Assembly: GCA_038064195.1 (NCBI GenBank)
Contig: JBBTTO010000002.1
Coordinates: 466,387 to 530,386 of the forward strand
Direction of reading: 5' to 3'
From: Patescibacteria group bacterium
Lineage (GTDB): Bacteria > Patescibacteriota > Microgenomatia > Levybacterales > UBA12049
DNA: 64,000 nucleotides
The translations under genes and the position numbers were made by a program. The notes beneath the pieces are model-generated. The model saw only the letters and a program-made list of their open reading frames with translations. It did not search any database and was not told where the DNA came from. Shown piece after piece: positions 1-10,555 of this stretch (position 1 is the first letter of the stretch; every line of letters begins with the position of its first letter).

Positions 1-2
1 TC

Positions 3-551
3 TATTTCATGGCCGGTAATGAGTATCATAAAGACAGATACAAAAAAGCTGACTTGGGAAAAGTGTTTTGGTATGCAGGCGGTACATTTGACTGGGACAA
101 TATCCAGGGACAGCATAGGGGAGTGGATGAGGTTGATCACGGTCAGTATGATACACCCGGGGAAATTGACTTACTGACCGGCTGCTGTGTATTATTCACC
201 AGAGCAGCGCTTAACGTAGTGCGGGGCTTTGACGATAAATATTTTCTTTATTATGAAGATGCAGATTTAAATACGCGACTTCATCAAGCAGGTTTTACTA
301 TTTATTATGAGCCCAAAGCCATGCTCTGGCACGTTAACGCAGGCGCAACTGGTGGATCAGGCTCTGTTCTGCAGGATTACTTTATCAGTCGTAACAGAAT
401 GCGTATCGGGATGAAATACGGGAGATTGCGTACCCGCATTGCTTTAGTACGTGAAAGTATGCGAATTATTCTTGGGGGCAGAAAGTGGCAGCGACGGGGA
501 GTTATAGATTATTATCTTAGACGTTTCGGTAAAGGTAGTTATCCAGTATGA
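3..551 (+). CDS. GT2 family glycosyltransferase (WbbL/GT2-like), 5'-truncated by window edge
   Basis: Frame open from base 3; C-terminal GT2 motifs TGCCVL, GFDDKYFLYYEDADLNTR, YEPKAMLWH, SRNR. Confidence 0.85.
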   Translation, partial: YFMAGNEYHKDRYKKADLGKVFWYAGGTFDWDNIQGQHRGVDEVDHGQYDTPGEIDLLTGCCVLFTRAALNVVRGFDDKYFLYYEDADLNTRLHQAGFTIYYEPKAMLWHVNAGATGGSGSVLQDYFISRNRMRIGMKYGRLRTRIALVRESMRIILGGRKWQRRGVIDYYLRRFGKGSYPV

Positions 552-1306
552 CTTCACAGAAAATAACCGCGATTGTTCTGGCTAAAAATGAAGAGGACAT
601 GATTGGGGATTGTCTGGAATCCCTCGGGTTTGTGGATGAGATCATTGTTGTCGATAATGATTCCACAGATGATACTGTCGAGATTGCTCGAAAAAAAGGA
701 GCAAAAATCATATCCAGTTCTTCTACCAGCTTTTCTGAGCGACGTGAGATCGGGCTTAAAAAAGTGAAAGCTGGATTTGTTCTCTACCTTGACGCAGACG
801 AACGGATCACACCAGATCTTCAGTTAGAGATTCAAAAAGCCGCTTTCGCTGATTCACCGGTTAGTGCTTACAGGATTCCCCGCCAAAACTTCTATTTGGG
901 GAAGCATCCTTGGCCTGTTATTGAGCGCCATCTCAGATTTTTTCGTAGGGATGGAATCAGAGGCTGGGAGGGGGAGTTACACGAGACAGCCAAAGTTAAA
1001 GGTGACATAGCTGACTTTGTTTCTCCGATGCTCCATTTCACTCATCGTGATTTTTCCTCTATGGTTGAAAAGACTAATAGTTGGTCTGAAAAAGAAGCGG
1101 AATTGCGTATGATCGCTCATCATCCTAAGATTACCTGGTGGCGTTTCCCTCGGGTCATGCTTGCAGCATTTTATCATTCCTACATCACTGAGAAAGGGTG
1201 GAAAGTAGGGACTGCTGGGTTACTTGAAAGTATGTTCCAGGCCTTTAGTATTTTTATTACCTATGCTAAATTATGGGAACTTCAACAAAGAAAACATCGC
1301 GAATAG
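548..1306 (+). CDS. GT2 family glycosyltransferase, KdtX/WaaE-like
   Basis: AIVLAKNEE, VVDNDSTDDT, LDADERI, LHE and MLHFT motifs; ATGA overlap with previous gene. Confidence 0.85.
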   Translation: MTSQKITAIVLAKNEEDMIGDCLESLGFVDEIIVVDNDSTDDTVEIARKKGAKIISSSSTSFSERREIGLKKVKAGFVLYLDADERITPDLQLEIQKAAFADSPVSAYRIPRQNFYLGKHPWPVIERHLRFFRRDGIRGWEGELHETAKVKGDIADFVSPMLHFTHRDFSSMVEKTNSWSEKEAELRMIAHHPKITWWRFPRVMLAAFYHSYITEKGWKVGTAGLLESMFQAFSIFITYAKLWELQQRKHRE

Positions 1307-2943
1307 GACAATTCCTGAGTTTACCTAAAAAAAAGCTGTATCTCTACGCGCTTATCTTTATTTTTCTCACCGGTTTTATCCTGCGCACTTATCATCTCGA
1401 CTCTCTTCCTCCTAGCCTCAATCGTGATGAAGTTGCGCTTGGCTATAACGCCTATTCAATTCTAACGACAGGTAGGGATGAGCACGGTAAATTTCTGCCG
1501 TTGTCTCTGGAGTCATTCGGGGACTGGAAGTTATCCGGCTATCCGTTTACTGATATTCCATTTATCGCATTTTTTGGACTCAATGAATTTGCAGTCAGAC
1601 TACCGAGTGCCCTAGCAGGGTCACTGTCTGTAATACTTATCTATCTCATTGCCGGATTTATTTTTAAGAAAAAAGCAATAAGCCTTCTTGCTTCATTTTT
1701 TTTCGCTCTCTCGCCATGGAATATATTCTTCTCTCGTGCAGCATATGAGGTGAATCTGGGATTATCTTTCTTTTTAACGGGATTGGTATTCTTACTTTGG
1801 TATGGAGAGTCAAAGAAAAAGACATGGAAATTGTTCGTATCCGGCGTATTTTTTATTCTTCCTCTTTTTACTTATCATGCCTTTATTTTGTTTACACCGT
1901 TATTTATTTTTCCATTACTTTACCTTTATAGAAAGGAAATCTCTTTAAAATCAAGTGTAATTTTTGGCATAACCGTATTTATTTTCTGTGTTTTAGGCTA
2001 TGTGAATATCTCAGTTAGTGGCCTTAACAAAATATCGACACTTTCTGTTTTTTCAAATAAAGATATCATTTACGATCGTGCGGAGAAATTACGGGGGGAT
2101 GGTTCAGTTGATAATCTCTTTATAGCACATATTCTCTACAACAAATATTTTGCCGGCTCTTACCAGATAGCCCAAAATTACGTCTCTACTTTTTCGCCTG
2201 CATTTCTTTTTGACAAAGGGGGAGAAAAAACAGTCCACAATTTAGGCTACTTTGGCAATCTCTATATTTTTGACGTGATACTTCTCTGTGCGGGATTGTT
2301 TTTCCTTATCTCTCGAAGAGATCCGGCATTAGCAATTATCGGTCTTTGGTTGCTTGTAGCTCCTCTCCCTTCAGCTTTGACTTTGGATCCGCAGAACTCG
2401 ACCAGGTTTTATCCTATCCTGCCTGCATTTATTTTCCTCAGTAGTTACGGTGCATATTATCTGTACGTTTTGCTGACACAAAATCGCTTAAGGTCAATAC
2501 TGCTTGTTGGTTTAACAGGGCTATTTCTTTTTAATGTGTTGTTATTTATGGATGGTTATTTTGTCCATATGAGTATTCAACGTGCAAGGTTCTGGGATTA
2601 TGGATATAAGCAAAGTGTCCAGCTTTCACAGCAGTATCCGACATTTCAGGCGGTGATGCGGGGGCCGGAGAATTTTCCATATATATATTTTCTTTTTTAC
2701 AATAAATATGACTCACAACGTTTCAGAAAAGAAGTTAGTTATTATCCGCCAACAAAAGAGGGCTTCTTATATGTTAAGAGCTTTGGTAAGTTTTCTTTCC
2801 CGCCGACTATTAATTACAGTGATTTACATTCAAGGACTCTCTACATTGATAATTATGTTCAGCGTAATTCGACCGATCACCCGATCCATACCATAAATCT
2901 CCCTTCCAATGAGCCGATCTTTATTTATGAAATCAAGCAATAA
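1273..2943 (+). CDS. Polytopic GT-C glycosyltransferase (ArnT/GT83/PMT_2-like)
   Basis: First TM ending in LR, then PPSLNRDEVALGYNAYSI; GLNEFAVRLPSA; ALSPW..FSRAAYE; many hydrophobic helices. Confidence 0.8.
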   Translation: MGTSTKKTSRIGQFLSLPKKKLYLYALIFIFLTGFILRTYHLDSLPPSLNRDEVALGYNAYSILTTGRDEHGKFLPLSLESFGDWKLSGYPFTDIPFIAFFGLNEFAVRLPSALAGSLSVILIYLIAGFIFKKKAISLLASFFFALSPWNIFFSRAAYEVNLGLSFFLTGLVFLLWYGESKKKTWKLFVSGVFFILPLFTYHAFILFTPLFIFPLLYLYRKEISLKSSVIFGITVFIFCVLGYVNISVSGLNKISTLSVFSNKDIIYDRAEKLRGDGSVDNLFIAHILYNKYFAGSYQIAQNYVSTFSPAFLFDKGGEKTVHNLGYFGNLYIFDVILLCAGLFFLISRRDPALAIIGLWLLVAPLPSALTLDPQNSTRFYPILPAFIFLSSYGAYYLYVLLTQNRLRSILLVGLTGLFLFNVLLFMDGYFVHMSIQRARFWDYGYKQSVQLSQQYPTFQAVMRGPENFPYIYFLFYNKYDSQRFRKEVSYYPPTKEGFLYVKSFGKFSFPPTINYSDLHSRTLYIDNYVQRNSTDHPIHTINLPSNEPIFIYEIKQ

Positions 2944-5203
2944 AAATACGAGCTGGTTTATAAAGAGTGTTATAAAGTATTTGCCGTTAGGTTTTATTAT
3001 TTTTGTTTGGTTCGCTTTCTCCAGTCCATATTTTCTGAGACACTCCGTTCCTTTTCCCACCAGGCAACTCGTCACGTTTTTTGCTCCCTGGAATCAGTAT
3101 GATAAATATGCAGGCCCTGTTAAAAATAATGCCATGCCGGATGTTGTTACGCAGATTTACCCCTGGAAGCATTTTGTCGTTAGTGAGCTTAAGGAGGGTA
3201 GAATGCCTCTATGGAATCCCAATAATTTCTCAGGTAACCCGGCACTCGCAAATTTCCAGACAGCTGTCTTTTCACCTTTTACGCTTTTATATTTTATTTT
3301 GCCTTTTATTGATGCATGGAGTTTGACAGTTCTTCTTCAACCGTTACTTGCAGGGATTTTTACGTATTTTTTGACACGTGAGATGAGAGTGAGTCGGGGA
3401 GGAGCTGTTGTCAGTGCATTAGGATTTATGTTTTCAGGCTTTATCGTCGTTTGGATGGCATACGGAACTCTCTCTATGGCCGTTGCTTTTTTGCCGCTTA
3501 TTCTTCTTAGTCTTGAAAAGTTTTTACGGAAAAATAAGATACGTTTTCTTATCCCGGCCGCACTAGCTGTGACTGTCTCTCTTTTTTCAGGTCATTTTCA
3601 GACCAGTTTGTATGTTCTCATTACATCATTTGTCTTTATTGTCTATCGCTATGCCACTGACAGAAGATTTAAAAGAATGATGATTGCCTGCTTCGCGTTA
3701 CTGAGCGGATGTGTCCTGGCCCTCCCACAACTTATTCCGACATTTGTTCTGTATACGCAATCATTTCGCAGCAGTAACGCTATCGTTGATGGGGGAATTC
3801 CGCTTTACTACCTTATAACTTCCTTCGCTCCGGATTTTTTTGGGAGCCCTGTCACGCGCAATGACTGGGTGGGGTTTTATGCCGAGCGAGCAAGTTTTAT
3901 AGGGATCATCCCTCTTCTCCTAGCAGGCTTTTCATTCTTTCGCATACGCTCTCACTATGTCCTCTTCTTTATCGGTTTGAGTCTTGTCAGTTTGGTCTTA
4001 GCACTTGATACTCCCTTACAAGTGCTTCTAAGTATGGCAGGCATTCCGGTTCTCTCCAGTAGTAATCCTACCCGGATTATTGTTTTATGGAGCTTTGCGA
4101 TGAGCATTTTGGCCGGATTTGGCTATGATTATCTCGGGGAGGTAATTTCTAAAAAAATATTTCGTCATATTCTCTATGTTGTTGTTACCGTTATTGCGAT
4201 CGTCATGTTAGCTTGGTTATCAGTCAGTGTTTTCCGTCTTTTACCCGCTGATAAAGTACATATTGCCGAGCGAAATCTTATTATTCCGACATTGATTCTT
4301 ACGCTGGGAATTTTTGCTATCTTCCTCCAGTTTTTTAACAAACGAATTCGAAAGCAGTCTTTTTTCTTATGGCTCATTATTCTCCTCATAGCCCTTGATA
4401 GTTTTCGTTTTGCCTGGAAATGGATGCCTTTTGACTCAACAGCTATTCTTTTTCCCGATGTTCCGGTGATCTCTGCCATGCAAAAATTGCAGGGTACAGG
4501 TCGGGTCTTCGGCGGCTTTGGCACGGAAGTCCAGACCTATTATGGGGTACGCTCAGTTGAAGGGTACGATCCGTTATATATCAAAAGATACGGAGAATTC
4601 ATCAAAGCTGCCACCACGGGTAGATACACAGTCCCTGATCGTTCTTTTGTAGGAGTTGACAGACAGGCAAAGTCGACTGAAAAGGTGTTGAATTTCCTGT
4701 CAGTCTCTCTTCTTTTTCAGCCGAAGTCACAACTCTTTGTTAATTATGCCTATCCTGTCTGGGGTCGGCCCGATATCTATAAAGTAGTCTACGAGGATGA
4801 TCTATTTCTGCTCTATCACAATAAGACTATGCTGCCTTTTGCCAGACTTTCCTATGTATATGAAGTTTTTACTGATCCCAAGAAGTTATTAGCCCGTTTT
4901 TATGACCCTGATTTTTCATACCAGACGACGACGCTACTTGAGGAGAATCCTTCCTTCCCAGATATGATCCAAAAGGATGCGACCGGATCTGCAGAGATTG
5001 TATCTATGAAACCAACGCGGATAAGTATTAAGGTAAATTCTACCTCCCCTGGCCTATTATTTCTCCCCACACCCTATTACCCCAACTGGCATGCGACAGT
5101 AAACGGAGAAGCTACTCAGATATATCAGGCGGACTATGCTTTTCAAGCCATAAAAATACCGAAAGGAAAATCAGATGTTATTTTTTCTTACTCTTATTTT
5201 TGA
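2927..5203 (+). CDS. YfhO-family membrane glycosyltransferase (GT-C)
   Basis: PLWNP..FSG.P.LAN.Q...FSP, GHFQ, EGYDPL and C-terminal YYPNWHATVNG..ADYAFQAI; start moved to ATG 2927 (track gives 2909). Confidence 0.8.
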   Translation: MKSSNKNTSWFIKSVIKYLPLGFIIFVWFAFSSPYFLRHSVPFPTRQLVTFFAPWNQYDKYAGPVKNNAMPDVVTQIYPWKHFVVSELKEGRMPLWNPNNFSGNPALANFQTAVFSPFTLLYFILPFIDAWSLTVLLQPLLAGIFTYFLTREMRVSRGGAVVSALGFMFSGFIVVWMAYGTLSMAVAFLPLILLSLEKFLRKNKIRFLIPAALAVTVSLFSGHFQTSLYVLITSFVFIVYRYATDRRFKRMMIACFALLSGCVLALPQLIPTFVLYTQSFRSSNAIVDGGIPLYYLITSFAPDFFGSPVTRNDWVGFYAERASFIGIIPLLLAGFSFFRIRSHYVLFFIGLSLVSLVLALDTPLQVLLSMAGIPVLSSSNPTRIIVLWSFAMSILAGFGYDYLGEVISKKIFRHILYVVVTVIAIVMLAWLSVSVFRLLPADKVHIAERNLIIPTLILTLGIFAIFLQFFNKRIRKQSFFLWLIILLIALDSFRFAWKWMPFDSTAILFPDVPVISAMQKLQGTGRVFGGFGTEVQTYYGVRSVEGYDPLYIKRYGEFIKAATTGRYTVPDRSFVGVDRQAKSTEKVLNFLSVSLLFQPKSQLFVNYAYPVWGRPDIYKVVYEDDLFLLYHNKTMLPFARLSYVYEVFTDPKKLLARFYDPDFSYQTTTLLEENPSFPDMIQKDATGSAEIVSMKPTRISIKVNSTSPGLLFLPTPYYPNWHATVNGEATQIYQADYAFQAIKIPKGKSDVIFSYSYF

Positions 5204-5433
5204 GGACGCCTAAGGAGCTTTTTCCAGGATTTTATCTCGCCGATTGTTAGTGGGTTTTTGGCGAATTTGAAGAGATAGACCAGTTCTAAAATACCGAAAG
5301 TATTTATTACAAGTAGTACCACAAACCAGATTTTCTGCTCATTATGTGCAGTCCGCCAAAGCGCGATACCTTTCCAGATCAGAGACCAGAGTCCGATTAT
5401 ATAAAACCAGATGGGATAATTTATGCCTATCAT
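5194..5433 (-). CDS. Small membrane protein, DUF5652-like
   Basis: WSLIWKGIALWRTA..EQKIWFVVLLVINTFGILELVYLF signature; start at ATG 5433 preferred from promoter geometry (track gives 5439). Confidence 0.75.
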   Translation of the reverse strand: MIGINYPIWFYIIGLWSLIWKGIALWRTAHNEQKIWFVVLLVINTFGILELVYLFKFAKNPLTIGEIKSWKKLLRRPQK

Positions 5434-5440
5434 AGGCATA
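5422..5440. repeat. Perfect 19-bp palindrome, operator-like
   Basis: TATGCCTAT-C-ATAGGCATA. Confidence 0.7.
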
Positions 5441-5468
5441 TCGTAACATAGATACTCAACGATTGCAA
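5440..5468 (-). promoter_or_regulatory. Sigma70-type promoter for the DUF5652 gene (leaderless geometry)
   Basis: Minus strand TTGCAA (5468-5463), 17 nt, TG-t-TACGAT (-10 at 5445-5440), 6 nt, ATG 5433. Confidence 0.6.
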
Positions 5469-5472
5469 AACT

Positions 5473-5481
5473 TGCTACAAT
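5473..5481 (+). promoter_or_regulatory. Extended -10 promoter (leaderless geometry)
   Basis: TG-c-TACAAT, 6 nt before ATG 5488. Confidence 0.6.
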
Positions 5482-5487
5482 TAAGGG

Positions 5488-6564
5488 ATGAAGATCGGAA
5501 TCTATGATCCGTACCTCGATACACTCTCAGGCGGGGAGAAGTATATGCTCTCAATTGCTTTGTGTTTGCAGGATGACCACGAGGTAGTGATTTTTTGGGA
5601 TAAAGCAAAAGAGCAGGAGATCCGTTCCAAAGCTAAAGAAAGGTTCGGTTTTGATCTTGAAAAGATTGCGTTTGCACCATCACTCTTTTCTAAAAGTGTT
5701 AGCTTTTTGACTCGCTACAACAAAAGTAAAGACTACGATCTCCTGTTCTATCTCAGTGACGGGAGCCTGCCCGTAGTTGCCTGCGACCTTATCGTCCATT
5801 TCCAGTCTCCTATGCTTTGGCTTAAAGGGCGTTCGCTTAAAAATCGTTTGAAGATGAGACGGATTAAAACTGTCATTTGTAATTCAAACTTCACCAAATC
5901 CTATGTAGATAAGATCTTCGGGATTGAAAGTAAGATCGTGTATCCGCCTGTCTCGATTCAAGGACGCTATCAACCCACCAAAAAAGAGCGGATCATCCTT
6001 AACGCCGGACGCTTCGGCATCAACTGGGCCGGTTCGAGTTTTAAGAAGCAGGATATTTTGGCCGAAGCTTTTGCCAGGCTTTATACCGAGGGGCTCAAAG
6101 GTTGGAAGCTGGTTTTTGTTATGAATGTTAAAGATGACGCGTTGTCGGCAGTTGACGATCTCAAAAATAAGTATAAAGATACACCTATCGAATTCGTTCT
6201 CAATCCTAACAATCGCGATCTGTGGAAGTGGTATGAGAAAGCTACGTTTTATTGGCACGCGGCGGGTTTTGCTGAGGACGTAACGACTCATCCGGATCGG
6301 GCCGAACACTTCGGCATGACGACAGTTGAAGCAATGGGAGTCGGTGCTGTTCCGCTTGTAGTTGGTGCCGGCGGACAAAAAGAGATAGTTGAGGATCAAA
6401 AGAACGGAAGACTCTGGAATACAATTGATGAATTAATAAGGTTCACTAAGGAGCTTATTCTAGACGATAAAAAGAGAGAGCTTCTCGTTCAGGAGGCAGT
6501 TAAATCATCAGATAGCTACTCCCTCGAGAGTTTCAATAAAAGTATTAAAGACCTTATTACATGA
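5488..6564 (+). CDS. GT4 family glycosyltransferase
   Basis: IYDPYLDTLSGGEKY, NSNFTK, KKQD, EHFGMTTVEAM (EX7E). Confidence 0.9.
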   Translation: MKIGIYDPYLDTLSGGEKYMLSIALCLQDDHEVVIFWDKAKEQEIRSKAKERFGFDLEKIAFAPSLFSKSVSFLTRYNKSKDYDLLFYLSDGSLPVVACDLIVHFQSPMLWLKGRSLKNRLKMRRIKTVICNSNFTKSYVDKIFGIESKIVYPPVSIQGRYQPTKKERIILNAGRFGINWAGSSFKKQDILAEAFARLYTEGLKGWKLVFVMNVKDDALSAVDDLKNKYKDTPIEFVLNPNNRDLWKWYEKATFYWHAAGFAEDVTTHPDRAEHFGMTTVEAMGVGAVPLVVGAGGQKEIVEDQKNGRLWNTIDELIRFTKELILDDKKRELLVQEAVKSSDSYSLESFNKSIKDLIT

Positions 6565-8795
6565 ACAAAAAAGATCTTTTGAGTCTGGGCCTAGTACTTT
6601 TTGCCATTCTTCTTTTTTTTCGCGGTTTTTTTATTCAGGGAAGAGTTCCTATCCCGACAGATACGTTAGTAAATTTATTCCATCCTTTCAGAGATTATTA
6701 TGCTAAAGACTATCCCAGGGGAATTCCTTATAAGAACTTTTTGCTTGCTGATCCGGTGACTCAGCAAATCCCCTGGAAATCCCTGTCGATATCTCAGATG
6801 AGTAGGGGGCAGCTGCCGCTTTGGAACCCGTATCAGATGGCAGGCTATCCTCTGCTTGCTAATATCCAGTCTTCCCCCTTTTATCCGTTAAATATTTTGC
6901 TTTTTATAAGTCCGTTTATTTTAAGTTGGTCGGTTTTTATCTTACTTCAGCAAATTCTGGCGGCCTTCTTTATGTATTTGTTTCTGCGGAATCTAAAACT
7001 CGAAAGGTTGTCAGCAAGTCTTGGTTCGTTGAGTTTCGCATTTTGCGGATTTTTTATTGCCTGGTTGGAATGGGGGACTATTGTGCATACTGCTCTTTGG
7101 CTGCCGCTTATTTTACTCTGTGTTGATAAAATCCTTTCTGATAAAAGATATCGCTGGAGCGGAATTTTTATTTTTGCTGTCTTGTCTTCATTCCTGGCAG
7201 GACACTTGCAGACTTTTATTTATACGTGCGGTGTTACATCTTTATACTTTTTATATAGGTTTGTTGAGAGTAGATATAACCGACAATTTTTTTCCCGTTT
7301 TGTACTTTCGGGTTTGGCAGTGATTCTTATAAGTTTGCCGATTCTTGTTCCTCAGCTTCAGCTAATTTCCCTTTCAGCTCGGAATATCGATCAAAGCTGG
7401 CAGCAGGCGGGGTGGTTTATTCCTGTTTCTCAGGCGATTCAATTTATCGCGCCTGACTTTTTTGGCAATCCTGCTACTGGTAATTATTTCGGGGTCTGGA
7501 ACTACGGCGAATTCATCGGTTACATCGGCATTTTCCCTCTTCTGCTTGCTTTCTATGCACTTTTACGTCGTAAAAGTAATGATACCTATTTTTGGGCAGC
7601 ACTCGCAGCTATGAGTGTCTTACTTGCATTTCAGACACCGCTTGCCAAGCTTCCATATGAGTTGGGAATACCGTTTTTTTCCTCTACCCAGCCTACACGC
7701 TTGATTTTTGTGGCTGATTTTGCTTTATCAGTTCTGGCTGCGTTCGGACTTGAGAGATTACTCAAAACAAAAAGCAAAGTATTTCTTCCGCAAATTATTA
7801 TCATCTTATTTTTGCTATTTGGAGTAGGTTATGGCTTTATGCAGCTGCAAACTCGACAGATTTCAGTTACGAATTGGCAGGTCACTACACACAACCTGAT
7901 TCTGCCTCTATTTCTTGTGACAGTTGCCTGTGGCGGATTGTTCGTCAGTTCTCTTCTGGCTACGAAAAAAAGAACAGTCGTTGTAGCTTTTATGTTTGTT
8001 ATGACGATAGGTGATTTGCTTATTTTTGCCGGTAAATTTACTCCTTTTGCCAACTCCTCATATTTTTATCCGACAACCAAAGCAATAGCTTTTCTTAAAG
8101 AGCAGCCGGGTCAATTCAGAATTATGACGACTGATCGTCGAATCCTTCATCCCAATATTGCCACTCAGTATCGCCTCCAGAGTATAGATGGCTACGATCC
8201 TCTCTATCTTCTTAAGTATGGTGAAATGATGGCCGCCGTCGGAAGAGGAAAGCCCGATATTATCCCACCCTTCGGCTATTTCCGTATCCTAACCCCCGGG
8301 AGTTTTGACTCACCCCTTATTGACCTTTTAGGAGTGCGGTATATTCTGAGTCTGACAGAGATTCACAGTCCGCACGTAAAGCAGGTTTATTCAGAGGGAG
8401 AGACCAGAGTATATGAGAACGCCAGAGCGTTTCCGCGGGCATTTTTTGTAACGTCTGTCAGCCCGGCAGCCAATAATCAACAGGCAATCAATTTTCTCTT
8501 CAACTCCGCAGTTGATTTACATACAATAGCCATAGTTGAGGCCGGGGAATCAGAGTTGCCTACTCAATTTTCCCCTGGGAAAGTCACGATTGATTCCTAT
8601 ACTGAGAACAGTATCACTCTGACAGCACGCACTGACGGGAAAGCGTTTATGGTTTTGACCGATACTTTCTATCCGACCTGGAAGGCAACCGTTGACGGAA
8701 AGCCGACTGTTGTATACCGGACAGACTATAATTTCAGAGGCGTTGTTGTACCGGGAGGGGAACATAGGATAGTATTTAAAGATACACTTTTTTAA
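6561..8795 (+). CDS. YfhO-family membrane glycosyltransferase (GT-C), paralog of 2927-5203
   Basis: PLWNPYQMAGYPLLANIQS, GHLQ, APDFFGNP, DGYDPLY, FYPTWKATVDG..DYNFRGV. Confidence 0.8.
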   Translation: MNKKDLLSLGLVLFAILLFFRGFFIQGRVPIPTDTLVNLFHPFRDYYAKDYPRGIPYKNFLLADPVTQQIPWKSLSISQMSRGQLPLWNPYQMAGYPLLANIQSSPFYPLNILLFISPFILSWSVFILLQQILAAFFMYLFLRNLKLERLSASLGSLSFAFCGFFIAWLEWGTIVHTALWLPLILLCVDKILSDKRYRWSGIFIFAVLSSFLAGHLQTFIYTCGVTSLYFLYRFVESRYNRQFFSRFVLSGLAVILISLPILVPQLQLISLSARNIDQSWQQAGWFIPVSQAIQFIAPDFFGNPATGNYFGVWNYGEFIGYIGIFPLLLAFYALLRRKSNDTYFWAALAAMSVLLAFQTPLAKLPYELGIPFFSSTQPTRLIFVADFALSVLAAFGLERLLKTKSKVFLPQIIIILFLLFGVGYGFMQLQTRQISVTNWQVTTHNLILPLFLVTVACGGLFVSSLLATKKRTVVVAFMFVMTIGDLLIFAGKFTPFANSSYFYPTTKAIAFLKEQPGQFRIMTTDRRILHPNIATQYRLQSIDGYDPLYLLKYGEMMAAVGRGKPDIIPPFGYFRILTPGSFDSPLIDLLGVRYILSLTEIHSPHVKQVYSEGETRVYENARAFPRAFFVTSVSPAANNQQAINFLFNSAVDLHTIAIVEAGESELPTQFSPGKVTIDSYTENSITLTARTDGKAFMVLTDTFYPTWKATVDGKPTVVYRTDYNFRGVVVPGGEHRIVFKDTLF

Positions 8796-8796
8796 C

Positions 8797-9753
8797 ATGA
8801 CAATAAGTATTGTTATTCCCGATTACAATAATGGTGATTTAATTGCCGAAAATCTGCCTTTGTATATCCCTATTCTGCAAACCTTTGCCAAAGCTCACAA
8901 AACATCCGTACAGATTATCATTAATGACGACGGTTCGACAGACGGGAGTTGGGAACGGTTAGTAAAAGCTACTGAGAAGAAATATGAGCTTGTTGATTTC
9001 ACCCTGCTCAGTAACGGTCGCAATATCGGTTTTTCGACCACTGTCAATCGCGGCGTTGCTCGTGCCCGGGGCGAGATAGTAGTACTCCTGAATGCTGATG
9101 TTGTTCCTGATAAAGGTTTTTTGGAACCTCTGCTTGATCATTTTTCAGATCGAGATGTGTTTGCCGTAGGCTGTATGGATAAGAGTATTGAAGCAGACGG
9201 GACTACCGTTCTTCGCGGGCGGGGGGTAGGTAAATGGGTGAGAGGCTTTCTTCTCCATTCCCGTGGAGAGCCTGACAGGCAGGATACGCTTTGGGTGAGT
9301 GGAGGAAGCGGAGCTTTTCGTAAAAGTATTTGGGACAAATTAGGAGGGCTCAACGAAATGATGAACAGATTTTACTGGGAAGATATTGATCTGTCTTACA
9401 GAGCCCAAAAAGCCGGTTATAAAGTGTTATTTGAGCCCAAAAGTACCGTTGTTCATGAACATGAAGAGGGTTCAATCAAAAAAACAGCCAAACCCATGAG
9501 TGTGAGGATCACCTCATATCGTAATCAATTTTACTTTGTCTGGGTTAACATCACGGATTTCTCCTTTATCATGTCTCATCTTTTCTGGCTGCCCCTCCAG
9601 CTCGCTCTCGCAACACTTCATGGCGATACTGCTTTTCTTAAGGGTTTTTTGCTAGCCCTTTTTCATGTTCCGCAAGTGCTTATCAGGCGTCAAAAAGTTC
9701 AGTCACTGACAAAAATTTCAGATCACAGTATCCTCGCTCATTTTAGCGCGTGA
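8797..9753 (+). CDS. GT2 family glycosyltransferase
   Basis: SIVIPDYN, DDGSTDGS, LLNAD, YWEDIDLSYRA. Confidence 0.9.
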   Translation: MTISIVIPDYNNGDLIAENLPLYIPILQTFAKAHKTSVQIIINDDGSTDGSWERLVKATEKKYELVDFTLLSNGRNIGFSTTVNRGVARARGEIVVLLNADVVPDKGFLEPLLDHFSDRDVFAVGCMDKSIEADGTTVLRGRGVGKWVRGFLLHSRGEPDRQDTLWVSGGSGAFRKSIWDKLGGLNEMMNRFYWEDIDLSYRAQKAGYKVLFEPKSTVVHEHEEGSIKKTAKPMSVRITSYRNQFYFVWVNITDFSFIMSHLFWLPLQLALATLHGDTAFLKGFLLALFHVPQVLIRRQKVQSLTKISDHSILAHFSA

Positions 9754-9790
9754 TTTGCTCAACAGCGGTTATAGTTTTTATCTAAAAATC

Positions 9791-9799
9791 TGGTATCAT
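9791..9799 (+). promoter_or_regulatory. Extended -10 element
   Basis: TG-g-TATCAT, 10 nt before ATG 9810, in an intergenic gap. Confidence 0.45.
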
Positions 9800-9809
9800 A
9801 TACATTATT

Positions 9810-10526
9810 ATGAAATTATCAATTATTGTACCGGTCTATAATGAAGAAAAAACGATTAAAGCAGTACTCGAAAGACTAAGCCGGCTTGATTTGGGTAAAA
9901 CCAAAAAAGAAATTATCATCATCAATGACGCCTCATCTGATCTTACCGATAAAGAAATAAAAAAAGTTCTGCCTAAAAATCCTGACTTTGTCTACATCAC
10001 GCATGACGTCAACAAAGGCAAAGGGGCTGCTGTTAATACCGGGATTGCTACATCCAAAGGAGACTATATCATCATTCAGGATGCCGATTTGGAATATGAT
10101 CCGGGGGATATTCCCCGGCTCCTTGAGCCTATTCTTGACGGCCGTGCGAGAGTAGTTTTCGGAACTCGCTTGAAAAGACTCCCCAACTTCAGTCGGGACG
10201 AACGAAATATGCGTTTTTTTATTCAGTATATGGGTAACAAAGGTCTGAGTTTATTGACGAGTATTCTTTACGGGCAGTGGATCACCGACATGGAGACCTG
10301 TTACAAGCTTTTTCCTAAAGACAGTCTAAAAGGCAAAAAAATTCATGCAAAAGGATTTGAATTTGAACCCGAAATTACAGCGCTGCTTATAAAGAGTGGC
10401 TATAAGATCACCGAGCTGCCGATTTCGACTAATCCCCGGGGGTTTGAGGAGGGCAAAAAACTTCGCCCTGTTCATGACGGAGTTAAAGCCTTTATTGCAC
10501 TTTTGAAATTTCGTTTTAAAAATTAA
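9810..10526 (+). CDS. GT2, polyprenyl-phosphate glycosyltransferase (DPM1-like)
   Basis: [48 protein letters not shown]. Confidence 0.88.
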   Translation: MKLSIIVPVYNEEKTIKAVLERLSRLDLGKTKKEIIIINDASSDLTDKEIKKVLPKNPDFVYITHDVNKGKGAAVNTGIATSKGDYIIIQDADLEYDPGDIPRLLEPILDGRARVVFGTRLKRLPNFSRDERNMRFFIQYMGNKGLSLLTSILYGQWITDMETCYKLFPKDSLKGKKIHAKGFEFEPEITALLIKSGYKITELPISTNPRGFEEGKKLRPVHDGVKAFIALLKFRFKN

Positions 10527-10555
10527 TTTGTATTGTGTACAGGCTGATCGATATA

